From the NCBI GenBank assembly GCA_963662625.1, contig OY759726.1:1794699-1858698 (forward strand): a stretch of DNA of 64,000 bases, in the 5' to 3' direction. Each line of letters begins with the position of its first letter. The stretch's first letter is position 1. This DNA is from Nitrosopumilus sp. Its GTDB lineage: Archaea > Thermoproteota > Nitrososphaeria > Nitrososphaerales > Nitrosopumilaceae. Both the position numbers and the translations under genes were made by a program. Below, one piece after another: positions 10,145-17,819 of this stretch. The notes beneath the pieces were generated by a model. The model saw only the letters and a list, made by a program, of their open reading frames with translations. It did no database searches and had not been told where the DNA came from.

Positions 10145-10821
10145 AAGGGGTACATCCTCTCGCGGGTGTCCTCGTTCTCGACGATGATCGCCTTCGTGGG
10201 GCAGGTCTCCGCGGCATTCATGATCTTGTTCACCCCGGCCCCCCGCGGGTTGATCACGGACGACTTCGGGTTCAGGTTCGTGTTCTTGTCAATCTGGAAG
10301 ACCCGCGGCGCGATGGTCTCGCAGCTGCAGCACCCGATGCACAGGGTCTTGTCCACGCTGACGTTGAGGTGGGGTTGCTCCTTGGGTTCCCTGGCCTTGT
10401 CATACTCCCCGTTCTTTCCGTCCGGCCTGACGCGGGCGTTGTACTCCTCCCAGAATTTTTTTTCATAGTCCCTCCAAAAGTCAGGATCCCCCTCCTCGAA
10501 CTCCTTGGTATACCTGCCCCAGTCCTCCTCGGGAGACCTGCCCCCCGGAGGGGCCCCCCACTGGGGTTTTCTCGCAAAGCCGGATCCCGCGCCGGCCTTC
10601 CCGTCCCCGCGCCGGCTCCCGGCGGCCGGCTTGCCTTCCGGGTGGTTCTTCTTCAGGTGGTTGTACGCCTCCGTGACCCTCTTGAACTGCTCCCCCTCCC
10701 TCTCGTCCGTGTTCTTGTCCGGGTGGAACTCCAGCGCCAGCTTCCTGTACGCGAGCTTGATCTCCTCAAGGGTGGCGCCCGAATTTACGTTCAGGGCCTG
10801 CAGTGCCTGCGAGTTGTCCAC
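10141..10821 (-). CDS. DnaJ-domain / ferredoxin fusion protein
   Basis: HPD J-domain motif; CIGCCSC...CP ferredoxin motif. Confidence 0.9.
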   Translation of the reverse strand: MDNSQALQALNVNSGATLEEIKLAYRKLALEFHPDKNTDEREGEQFKRVTEAYNHLKKNHPEGKPAAGSRRGDGKAGAGSGFARKPQWGAPPGGRSPEEDWGRYTKEFEEGDPDFWRDYEKKFWEEYNARVRPDGKNGEYDKAREPKEQPHLNVSVDKTLCIGCCSCETIAPRVFQIDKNTNLNPKSSVINPRGAGVNKIMNAAETCPTKAIIVENEDTRERMYPF

Positions 10822-11063
10822 GGGTTACCATCAACCCCGCACGTTAAAAATGGTTTCATGCGCCCGGCCTGCCGCATGATCGCCCCCGGGACAGGATGCC
10901 CGGCGGGACTCGCGCGCGGGGCCCGGGCGGGCTGCAGGTTGAGCTGGCGTGAAGGGCCCGCGCGCCCTTAAGCTTAAATGCGAACTTTGCGACGGTACGG
11001 TGAAATGCCGTACGAGGAAGTGTACATACAGAGGTCGGAAGACGACGAGGACGGCGAGCGGCG

Positions 11064-11402
11064 CTAGTCCTTCGAGGCGTCTTTCCCGCCGGCGTCCCCC
11101 CCCGGGCCCACCATGTCCTCCGGCCTTACCTCGCTGTCCCAGCTCCCCCGGGCTCCCTTGACCAGCACGGCCACCCCTGAGGCTATCAGCGCTGCGACCA
11201 GCCCGAAGAAGGCCCACTGCCACGTCGTCTTGGCCTCGCAGTCGGCCCTCACCGGCGCCTCGGACTCGGAATACGCGTAGCAGTCCCCGAACTCCTCCGC
11301 CTCTATTGACGACGCCCGGTGGTCGCCGCCGAGCACGCCTAGCACTATGAACCCCGCGAAGATCAGGGCCACGCCGAGGATGGTGAACCGCGTGTCGCTC
11401 AC
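11064..11402 (-). CDS. Small two-TM membrane protein
   Basis: GTG start overlapping the upstream stop; two hydrophobic helices. Confidence 0.7.
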   Translation of the reverse strand: MSDTRFTILGVALIFAGFIVLGVLGGDHRASSIEAEEFGDCYAYSESEAPVRADCEAKTTWQWAFFGLVAALIASGVAVLVKGARGSWDSEVRPEDMVGPGGDAGGKDASKD

Positions 11403-11899
11403 GCCGCCGTCCCCCCGGCGCCTCGTTTGCGCCTTGATCCCGGGCGCCCCTCCAGCGCCCCCTTGAGGTTTTCCAGCGACTCCCCGTAGAACGAGCCCAT
11501 CGACTCCAGGAACTCCGCGAACCGCCGTGCCGGCATCCTCTCGCTGTTGAGGTACGACTGCCACGTCAGCCTGGCGGATCCCTCGCCCGCGGGCGCCACC
11601 GAGATCGTGGCAACGTACGCCCGCAGCGGCAGCCCCTCGGTCGCGACGTACGTCAGGCTCCTCCCCCGCTCCCAGGCGACGACGTGCTCCTCCACCTCGT
11701 TCCCGTCGTCAAACGTGATCAGCCTGACCGCGCCGACGCCACTCTTCTTCCCGGACAGGAGCGAGGTCTCCCTCACGCCGGCGGCCCATCCCGGGAGGCC
11801 CGCGATGTCGCTCACCTTCCGCCATACCCGGCCCGCCGGAGCGTTGATCGTCACCGTCCTCCTCAGGATCCCGGTGTGGGACGACGCCTTCGGTGCCAT
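11399..11899 (-). CDS. SRPBCC (polyketide cyclase/dehydrase-like) family protein
   Basis: TINAP..RVW...D...LPGW and GVGAVR pattern. Confidence 0.88.
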   Translation of the reverse strand: MAPKASSHTGILRRTVTINAPAGRVWRKVSDIAGLPGWAAGVRETSLLSGKKSGVGAVRLITFDDGNEVEEHVVAWERGRSLTYVATEGLPLRAYVATISVAPAGEGSARLTWQSYLNSERMPARRFAEFLESMGSFYGESLENLKGALEGRPGSRRKRGAGGTAA

Positions 11900-11974
11900 G
11901 AGTACCACTGGGCGTGCCGGATTTTAAATTTTGGTGATCTAACACATTTAATCCCCATGGGCGTAACGTTACAG

Positions 11975-13255
11975 ATGGTCTTCGGGTGGGGCAGGAAGAA
12001 GGAGGAGGAGCCCGGGCTGCAGGAGATGCCCGCGAGGGAGATCCCCCTGTCAGACGTCCCGCGGGTGGCCTCCGAGCTGCTCGAGCTGCGCAGGTCCCAG
12101 GCCGTCTCCGAGGTCAGGCTGTGCCGGGACCGGGCCGTCCCGCTCCTGAGCGAGGTATCCTACATAGGCAGGGAGCTCGAAAAGGACGACCTCAACGTGG
12201 AGGACATCGACAAGAACATCCGCGTGATAGTCGTCCGCGGGAAGAAGCAGGTGATCGACACCATCAGGAAGGAGATAACGGACCTGCCGGCAATATCCAG
12301 CTACGACGACGCCGTGGCGCTCAACGGCGCGCTGAACCAGGCGCTGAAGAAGGTGGGGGACGTCCTGGGGAGGCAGACGCGGGTCATACACATCTTCGCG
12401 AAGAAGTACGCCTCGAAGCTCAAGGAGATCCTGGCCGAGGTGGCGTCCATCAACGACGACGTCGGGAAGATCCTGCAGAACTTCGCCCGCTCCGACTCGG
12501 AGAACGCGGCGATCAACGGCCTGATAGGCGAGATTGCCGAGCTGGAGGGCTTTAACGCTGAGTCGAGGCAGAAGGCCTCGTCGCTGGCAGGCAGCCTCGC
12601 AGAGTGCCGGGGGAGGATCGCCGCGTGCAGGGAGTCCATCGCGGGCATAAAGTCATCCCAGGGATACGCCCGCCTGCTGGAGACGAAGGAGGCACTGGAG
12701 CGGCTCCGCGCCCAGAGGGCCAGCATGAGCGGCAGGGTGGCCGACCGGTTCACGAGGGTGTCCAGGCCCCTCGGCAGGTACGAGTACGCCTCGTCGCTCG
12801 ACAAGGAGCAGAAGGCGCTGCTCTCCGGCCTGATCCAGTCGCCCTTCGAGGTCCTCACCCCGGGCAACGAGAGGGCAATCATCGTGATACTGGAGAACGT
12901 CAAGAAGGGCGTCTCTGCGGGCTCCATATCGGTCAAGGACCGCGAGAAGGCCATCCTGCACATCACCGAGCTGGAGGACGCCCTCGGCGGCATCATCTCC
13001 GAGATCGCCGAGAACGCCTCCGGGCAGGAATCGGCCAGGGCGGCCATCGAGGAGCTGACCCCCCCGGAGCTTGCCGTGCTGGAGAAGGATCTCGCAAAGT
13101 CCACGCTCGACGAGTCTTCCGCGGAGTCCAGGATCAGGTCCCTGGGCGGCGAGGTATCCGCAAACGAGGCCAGGATACCCCGCATCGTGGGCGAGATCGA
13201 GTCGAGGCTACGCCGCTTTACCAGCACCAGGTACTCCATAACCACTGAAGACTAA
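11975..13255 (+). CDS. Coiled-coil conserved hypothetical protein
   Basis: Long ORF with host-like codon use, MVFGWGRKK start after ATTTAAT box; predicted coiled coil. Confidence 0.8.
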   Translation: MVFGWGRKKEEEPGLQEMPAREIPLSDVPRVASELLELRRSQAVSEVRLCRDRAVPLLSEVSYIGRELEKDDLNVEDIDKNIRVIVVRGKKQVIDTIRKEITDLPAISSYDDAVALNGALNQALKKVGDVLGRQTRVIHIFAKKYASKLKEILAEVASINDDVGKILQNFARSDSENAAINGLIGEIAELEGFNAESRQKASSLAGSLAECRGRIAACRESIAGIKSSQGYARLLETKEALERLRAQRASMSGRVADRFTRVSRPLGRYEYASSLDKEQKALLSGLIQSPFEVLTPGNERAIIVILENVKKGVSAGSISVKDREKAILHITELEDALGGIISEIAENASGQESARAAIEELTPPELAVLEKDLAKSTLDESSAESRIRSLGGEVSANEARIPRIVGEIESRLRRFTSTRYSITTED

Positions 13256-13283
13256 TTAGGCCATGCGCGTACCAGAACCCAGT

Positions 13284-13679
13284 ATGCTATTCGGGAAGAA
13301 GTTCGAACGGCAGGTCTCCCTGCAGAGGGACGTCCTAGACAGCATACTGTCATACTGCAAGATGAAGCACCCTAACGAGGGGATCCTGATCCTGAAGGGC
13401 AAGTCCAAGAAGGGCGACATCAGGGTGGACGGCCTGGTGATCCCCCCGTTCAACTACACGGGCCCCACGTTTGCCGGCTTCCCGCACTCGTTCCTGCCGT
13501 TTGACATGAGCTACGTCGGCAGCGTCCACTCCCACCCGAGCGGCTCTGCGGACCCCTCGATCACCGACCTGCACAACTTCTTCGGGCTGGTGTCGGTCAT
13601 AGTCAAGGCCCCGTACGAGGATGAGGACGTCTTTGCGTGGGACAGCGGGGGCAAGCCCATCAGGATCGACATAGTCTGA
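13284..13679 (+). CDS. JAB/MPN (JAMM) metalloprotease
   Basis: PNE...HSHPSGSADPSITD JAMM motif. Confidence 0.92.
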   Translation: MLFGKKFERQVSLQRDVLDSILSYCKMKHPNEGILILKGKSKKGDIRVDGLVIPPFNYTGPTFAGFPHSFLPFDMSYVGSVHSHPSGSADPSITDLHNFFGLVSVIVKAPYEDEDVFAWDSGGKPIRIDIV

Positions 13680-13919
13680 CGGCCCCGTCGTGCGTCCTTG
13701 GGGCGCCAAAGTGGAACAGCGTGGCCGCGACGCGCTGGCGGACGTGCCCTTGGCTGGGTACTCGCACCCCCCGACGGCCGCTCCTACGAAGCGTTCCTCC
13801 GGGCGCTCGTGCTCCAAACCGTGGGCATCGAGTGCTTCCCGCACGTCGTCCGTGGCCACGTCAGGCCATAGTTTCCCAGCAGCTTCCGGGCCGTCCTGGA
13901 AGCGGTCGTCGTTTGCCAT
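13680..13919 (-). pseudogene. Unknown ORF starting 2 nt after hammerhead cleavage site; apparently 3' truncated
   Basis: MANDDRFQDGPEAAGKLWPDVATDDVREALDAHGLEHERPEERFVGAAVGGCEYPAK...; frame runs on antisense into the JAB gene to a stop at 13350. Confidence 0.4.
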
Positions 13920-13967
13920 GCGACGCCGCTCGCGGCGTTTCGGCCACCGGGGCCTCATCAGGCAGGC
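13915..13967 (-). ncRNA. Type I hammerhead ribozyme (copy B)
   Basis: Minus strand: gccugc CUGAUGA ggcc-ccggu-ggcc GAAAC gccg-cgag-cggc GUC^ gcauggc; full catalytic core and stems I-III. Confidence 0.93.
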
Positions 13968-14029
13968 TGTCTGGGCGTCTTTCAAAAATTAAATACTCGG
14001 GGGTCCAACATCAGGTGGTGGGGGCTCAG
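13915..14029. repeat. 115-bp direct repeat (partner 15493-15607)
   Basis: Ungapped alignment at offset 1578, 11 mismatches by manual count; similarity resumes at 14089-14130 vs 15706-15749. Confidence 0.95.
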
Positions 14030-14108
14030 CTGGACTTTAGTCCACCTACTCTTCATCTCCAGATGAAGGGATTAGCAGTGCCAAGTTTTCATCATCGCCC
14101 TCACCATC
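14014..14108 (-). ncRNA. Box C/D-type RNA (unit B)
   Basis: Terminal stem, C AUGAUGA (14095-14089), D' CUAA (14075-14072) or CUGG (14062-14059), C' AUGAAGA (14056-14050), 20-nt guide, D CUGA (14029-14026). Confidence 0.75.
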
Positions 14109-14175
14109 CAAGCCAGTCCCATGGGACGGCCATCCCAAATCGAACACTAAAATAACTCCGGGGCCTCCTGAAGGT

Positions 14176-14245
14176 GGCGAGGGGTCAGATCTGACAGTCA
14201 TCATCACAATGATGATCAGAAGCCGTTCTCATCATCCCCCTCGCC
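14176..14245 (-). ncRNA. Compact box C/D-type RNA with two 9-nt guides (unit C)
   Basis: GGCGAGGGG g AUGAUGA gaacggcuu CUGA ucaucauugug AUGAUGA cugucagau CUGA CCCCUCGCC: four perfect boxes and a perfect 9-bp terminal stem. Confidence 0.85.
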
Positions 14246-14643
14246 CGGTTCACCCGGCACTTGCCGGGAAATGCCGCCAACCGGCGTGACTGCCGGACCA
14301 ATTCCGGCGTGAAAACGTGAAAGGAGACGTCTTGCGTGAGACAAGACACATGGAAGAAGGCACGTAGGATGTCTCGTGTGGCATAAGACGCGGCGCCATG
14401 GTGACACTTTGGCATGTTAGATGGGGGTTTACTAGGGTCCGATTTTGTGTTTGGTGTTTTGTTCCTGTTTTGGTTGGAACGCCCACCATAACCGCGAAGG
14501 ATACTAGGGAGTTCGGGTTTTGTCGGAGCCCGCAGACGTCCTCCCCCGCAGGGTATATGGATCGCGCCGTCCCGGGGTTGCCAACGGGGCCACTGGCTGC
14601 CGGCGCGGCCGCGCCCGCGGCGCTCCTTGAACGACATGGACCG

Positions 14644-15270
14644 TCAGTCGAACAGACTGTAGAGCTGGCTGTCTGTAAGACGTGGGGCTTCGCGGGTCTC
14701 GGAGCACATGTTTGACACGTACCTGCCGTGTTCCGGAAGGTAGATGCCCTTCCCCGGAACGTATCTCCCGATGCCCTGCAGTATGCGGGCGACATCCCCT
14801 TGAGAGTGGCTCTCGGCCACTGAAGTTGCCATGGATCCCCTGCCGGGGGTTTCGCCCATCCAGGGCTCCTCAGCATGGCTTCGTTTGGTAAAAAAGGGGG
14901 CGGCTACCGCCTGCCGCCCATGCCGTCCCTGAGCCTTTGCCAGTGGGCCTTTTAGGTCCCACGACCTTTTTGGCGCAGAACTCGAGCCGCCGGAGGACCC
15001 CGCGGGGGAGGCACTCTTCCAGGTCAGACCTGGACTCCCCCGGAGCAGCTGCTCCAGAACCGCCTTGCACTTGGCCGGCCCCATGGCTTGGAATTGCTCC
15101 CTGTACCAATCGGAACCGTGGAAGTCCGGCGGGTTGCAGAACTGGCACTCCTCCCCGTACTCGTCCCCGCGGGGATTGACGTGGTCGTGCGCGTCCGCTT
15201 GATCCTTTTCGATCAGTTTGGCGGCCAGCAGGTAGTGCTCGACCACCCGAGCCGATGGGAGTTCCCCCAT
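14644..15270 (-). CDS. Hypothetical protein, possibly frameshifted continuation of 15213-15497
   Basis: 208-aa ORF with HxH...CxxC; no recognisable family. Confidence 0.4.
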   Translation of the reverse strand: MGELPSARVVEHYLLAAKLIEKDQADAHDHVNPRGDEYGEECQFCNPPDFHGSDWYREQFQAMGPAKCKAVLEQLLRGSPGLTWKSASPAGSSGGSSSAPKRSWDLKGPLAKAQGRHGRQAVAAPFFTKRSHAEEPWMGETPGRGSMATSVAESHSQGDVARILQGIGRYVPGKGIYLPEHGRYVSNMCSETREAPRLTDSQLYSLFD

Positions 15271-15497
15271 CCGGTGCCGATTGGATTCCCGGAGCCTACG
15301 TCCGTCAGTACGTCGCCGTCACTTATGGCGACAACATCGTTCTTGCAATAAAATTTGCGGGTTCGGCCCTCTGGGCCGGCTTGGGCGCGTACGGCGTCGT
15401 CGAGGCCTAGCCTCTCCTGTACGTGCTTGCAGACGCTTTTGGTTAAGAACGTCCTACCTCCTATGGAGATTTGCTTCATGACTGTTTGTTCTGCCAT
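15213..15497 (-). CDS. Hypothetical protein starting 2 nt after hammerhead cleavage site
   Basis: MAEQTVMKQISIGGRTFLTKSVCKHVQERLG...; overlaps the next ORF in another frame. Confidence 0.45.
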   Translation of the reverse strand: MAEQTVMKQISIGGRTFLTKSVCKHVQERLGLDDAVRAQAGPEGRTRKFYCKNDVVAISDGDVLTDVGSGNPIGTGWGNSHRLGWSSTTCWPPN

Positions 15498-15545
15498 GCG
15501 ACGCCGCTCGCGGCGTTTCGACCATTCAGGTCTCATCAGGCAGGC
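15493..15545 (-). ncRNA. Type I hammerhead ribozyme (copy A)
   Basis: Minus strand: gccugc CUGAUGA gacc-ugaau-gguc GAAAC gccg-cgag-cggc GUC^ gcauggc; stem II covaries with copy B. Confidence 0.93.
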
Positions 15546-15591
15546 TGCCTGGCCGTCGTTCAAAAATTAAATACTCGGGGATCCAACATCC

Positions 15592-15725
15592 GGTGGTGGG
15601 GGCTCAGTTGTCACGGCTTGAAGATGTCTCATCATTTGCGCCATGTCAGACTTTCACTGGAGTACAGCGTCGGCACTGGCATCATCATCATCGCCCTCAC
15701 TGGCATCATCATCGCCCTCACCATC
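15592..15725 (-). ncRNA. Box C/D-type RNA (unit A)
   Basis: Same terminal stem as unit B; C AUGAUGA (duplicated by a ~21-24-nt tandem duplication), D' CUGA (15649-15646), C' AUGAUGA (15635-15629), 21-nt guide, D CUGA (15607-15604). Confidence 0.8.
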
Positions 15726-15795
15726 CAAGCCGGATCAGATGGGAACGGCGCGGTCGACAAAACTTTATAAGGTTTTTGACGGTAGTTGCAGTGGA

Positions 15796-16125
15796 TTGTT
15801 CAGCTACAAGACTTATTTGATCTTCCTTTTCGTGTCACTGGCGGTCAGCATCGGCCTGCAGATGGTCCTGCCGTTCCCGTACGGCCTCGGGGTCGCGCTG
15901 GCGCTGTTCATCGCGTTCCCGCTGCTGCTCAGGAGAAAGTACATGAACCGCATGAGGGGCGGATACGGAGGCTCCGGCTCCGGCTCGTCCGGGGGCGGCG
16001 GGTTCTTCGGGCTCGGCTCGTCCGGCGGCAGCTCGGTCAGGTACGTGTGCCTCGTGTGCAACAACAAGCACAAGGGGGGCGCCTGCCCTCGCTGCGGTTC
16101 CAAGATGCAAAGGGCGGACTTTTAG
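15796..16125 (+). CDS. Membrane protein with Gly-rich linker and C-terminal zinc ribbon
   Basis: Two TM helices, CLVC...CPRCG; TTG start ~25 nt after TTTATAA. Confidence 0.8.
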   Translation: MFSYKTYLIFLFVSLAVSIGLQMVLPFPYGLGVALALFIAFPLLLRRKYMNRMRGGYGGSGSGSSGGGGFFGLGSSGGSSVRYVCLVCNNKHKGGACPRCGSKMQRADF

Positions 16126-16137
16126 GGGGGCGCCTGC

Positions 16138-16449
16138 ATGTCGCTGGACGAGCTGCGCAAGAAGGTGATCTTCCACAACTCGGTCGACGTCTGGATCGCG
16201 TCGTGCGCCGAAAGGGGCGGCGACTGGACGGACACGGACGGCTACAGGGGGTTCATCGCGTTCCTGCTCGAGAACGGCCTGAACATGAAGGCGTTTTCCC
16301 TGTGCGCGCACGAGGCGGGCGACGACGAGGCCGAAAGGACGAGGTTCGCGGAGTCGCTGGCAGGCTCGGGGGACGACCCGAATTCCTCGATCTACACCAT
16401 CAAGCTCAGCGACCAGGCGCTGGAGACGATCCGCCGGTTCGGCCGGTGA
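16138..16449 (+). CDS. Conserved hypothetical protein
   Basis: Host-like ORF in operon with the previous gene. Confidence 0.75.
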   Translation: MSLDELRKKVIFHNSVDVWIASCAERGGDWTDTDGYRGFIAFLLENGLNMKAFSLCAHEAGDDEAERTRFAESLAGSGDDPNSSIYTIKLSDQALETIRRFGR

Positions 16450-16451
16450 TC

Positions 16452-17819
16452 TCACCCCCTCAGTTTCGGGTTGACGATCGCGTCGAGCGCGTTCCCGATG
16501 AAGACGAACGCCAGCCCCGTGACGGCAATCATCATCCCGGGGGGCGTGATCCACCACCACAGGCCCCTCGCGGCGGCGCCGTACACGTTTGCGTCGTGCA
16601 GGATCTGCCCCCACGTGGGGAACGACGGGTCCCCCAGCCCGAGGAAGCTCAGCCCCGCCTCCGTGGTGATCGCGGCCGGGACCGAGATCGCTATGCTTGC
16701 AAACGCGTACGGGAGCAGCTGCGGCAGTATGTGCTTCACGATTATCCTGGAGTCCCTCTGCCCCATCATGGTTGCGGCCTCCACGTACCCGCGCGTCTTG
16801 ATCTGGAGCGCCATGCTCCTTGACACCTTGGCTATCCCGACCCAGCCGAACATCATCAGGAACCCGATCATCAGGAATATGCTGTTGCTTATGGTGACCG
16901 ACAGTATTATGAGGAACGGCAGCGCGGGGAGCGCGTAGATCACGTCGTTGAAGCGCATCATGGCCTCGTCCGTCTTCCTTCCGCGGTATCCCGCGTATAT
17001 CCCGTACAGCAGGCCCATCATCACGGACGCGATCGCGACCGCCAGCCCTATGAACAGGGCAAGCGGCGTCCCCCAGAGCAGCCCCAGGGCCAGGTCCCTC
17101 CGCAGCTCGTCGGTGCCCATCACCCCGAAGGCCTTGCCCCCCACGATGACCCTGGAGTCGGTTATCTCGGCCTCGCCCCCCGCCCCGTACAGGTTCACCA
17201 GGAACACGTACCTGCCCTTCAGGGGCTCGTGGGCGCCCTCCTTGGAGAACACTACGTCCTCTGCCGGCATGCCGCGCGGGTCGAATGCAAACCCGGCGCC
17301 CTGCATGGCGGCGTTCTTCCTGACGGTCTCGTCGGTGGAGAATACCCTCTCGCCGTGGACGGCGGGCGACTCGGAGTACGGCAGCGGCGCCGAGAGCAGC
17401 AGGATCTCCCGGGAGTCGGGCCGCACGACCGACAGCTGCAGCAGCGGCGAGCCCGAGTACCGCGCGGTGATCTCGTAGATGAAGTCGTTTGGAAAGTCGT
17501 CGTAGTCGAAGATGGTCGCGAACTGGTGCGACGACAGCGTGACGCCGCCACGCCGGTCGGACAGGACCTCTGGGGAGTCGAGGATCTTGTGCTCCGGGAT
17601 CTTCTCCCCCAGGAACGCGTTCACCCACGCCGGGACCGCGGCCTTGGGGTACCCGAGCCAGCTGCTCGGGTCGTTCCATTCCTTGAGCGTCTCGGCCGGG
17701 ATCACGGCCACCGCGAGGATCGACGTGGCGGCCAGGCCGGCCAGGATCGCCACCCCCGCCATCCCGATCCTGCTCCTCGCGAACTCCGCCCGGATCTCCT
17801 GCGGGGTGGCGCTGCTCAA
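16452..17819 (-). CDS. Peptide/nickel ABC transporter permease (DppC/OppC-like)
   Basis: GTDELRRD, EAA loop (YVEAATMMG), LSFLGLG..PTWG. Confidence 0.93.
   Translation of the reverse strand: MSSATPQEIRAEFARSRIGMAGVAILAGLAATSILAVAVIPAETLKEWNDPSSWLGYPKAAVPAWVNAFLGEKIPEHKILDSPEVLSDRRGGVTLSSHQFATIFDYDDFPNDFIYEITARYSGSPLLQLSVVRPDSREILLLSAPLPYSESPAVHGERVFSTDETVRKNAAMQGAGFAFDPRGMPAEDVVFSKEGAHEPLKGRYVFLVNLYGAGGEAEITDSRVIVGGKAFGVMGTDELRRDLALGLLWGTPLALFIGLAVAIASVMMGLLYGIYAGYRGRKTDEAMMRFNDVIYALPALPFLIILSVTISNSIFLMIGFLMMFGWVGIAKVSRSMALQIKTRGYVEAATMMGQRDSRIIVKHILPQLLPYAFASIAISVPAAITTEAGLSFLGLGDPSFPTWGQILHDANVYGAAARGLWWWITPPGMMIAVTGLAFVFIGNALDAIVNPKLRG

Noticed and set aside
14014-14108. tRNA-like cloverleaf on the plus strand
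   Set aside because: No T-loop/D-loop consensus or 7-bp acceptor geometry; minus-strand C/D boxes explain the conserved positions better
14176-15725. Firm call of a TIGR-Tas system
   Set aside because: Only one unit has 9+9 spacers, the units do not form a regular array, and no Nop-domain protein is recognisable in the window
15471-15770. Plus-strand ORF with GIIIIALTGIIIALT as a membrane peptide
   Set aside because: The Ile runs are the antisense of repeated ATGATGA C boxes; the frame is not conserved in the paralogous copy
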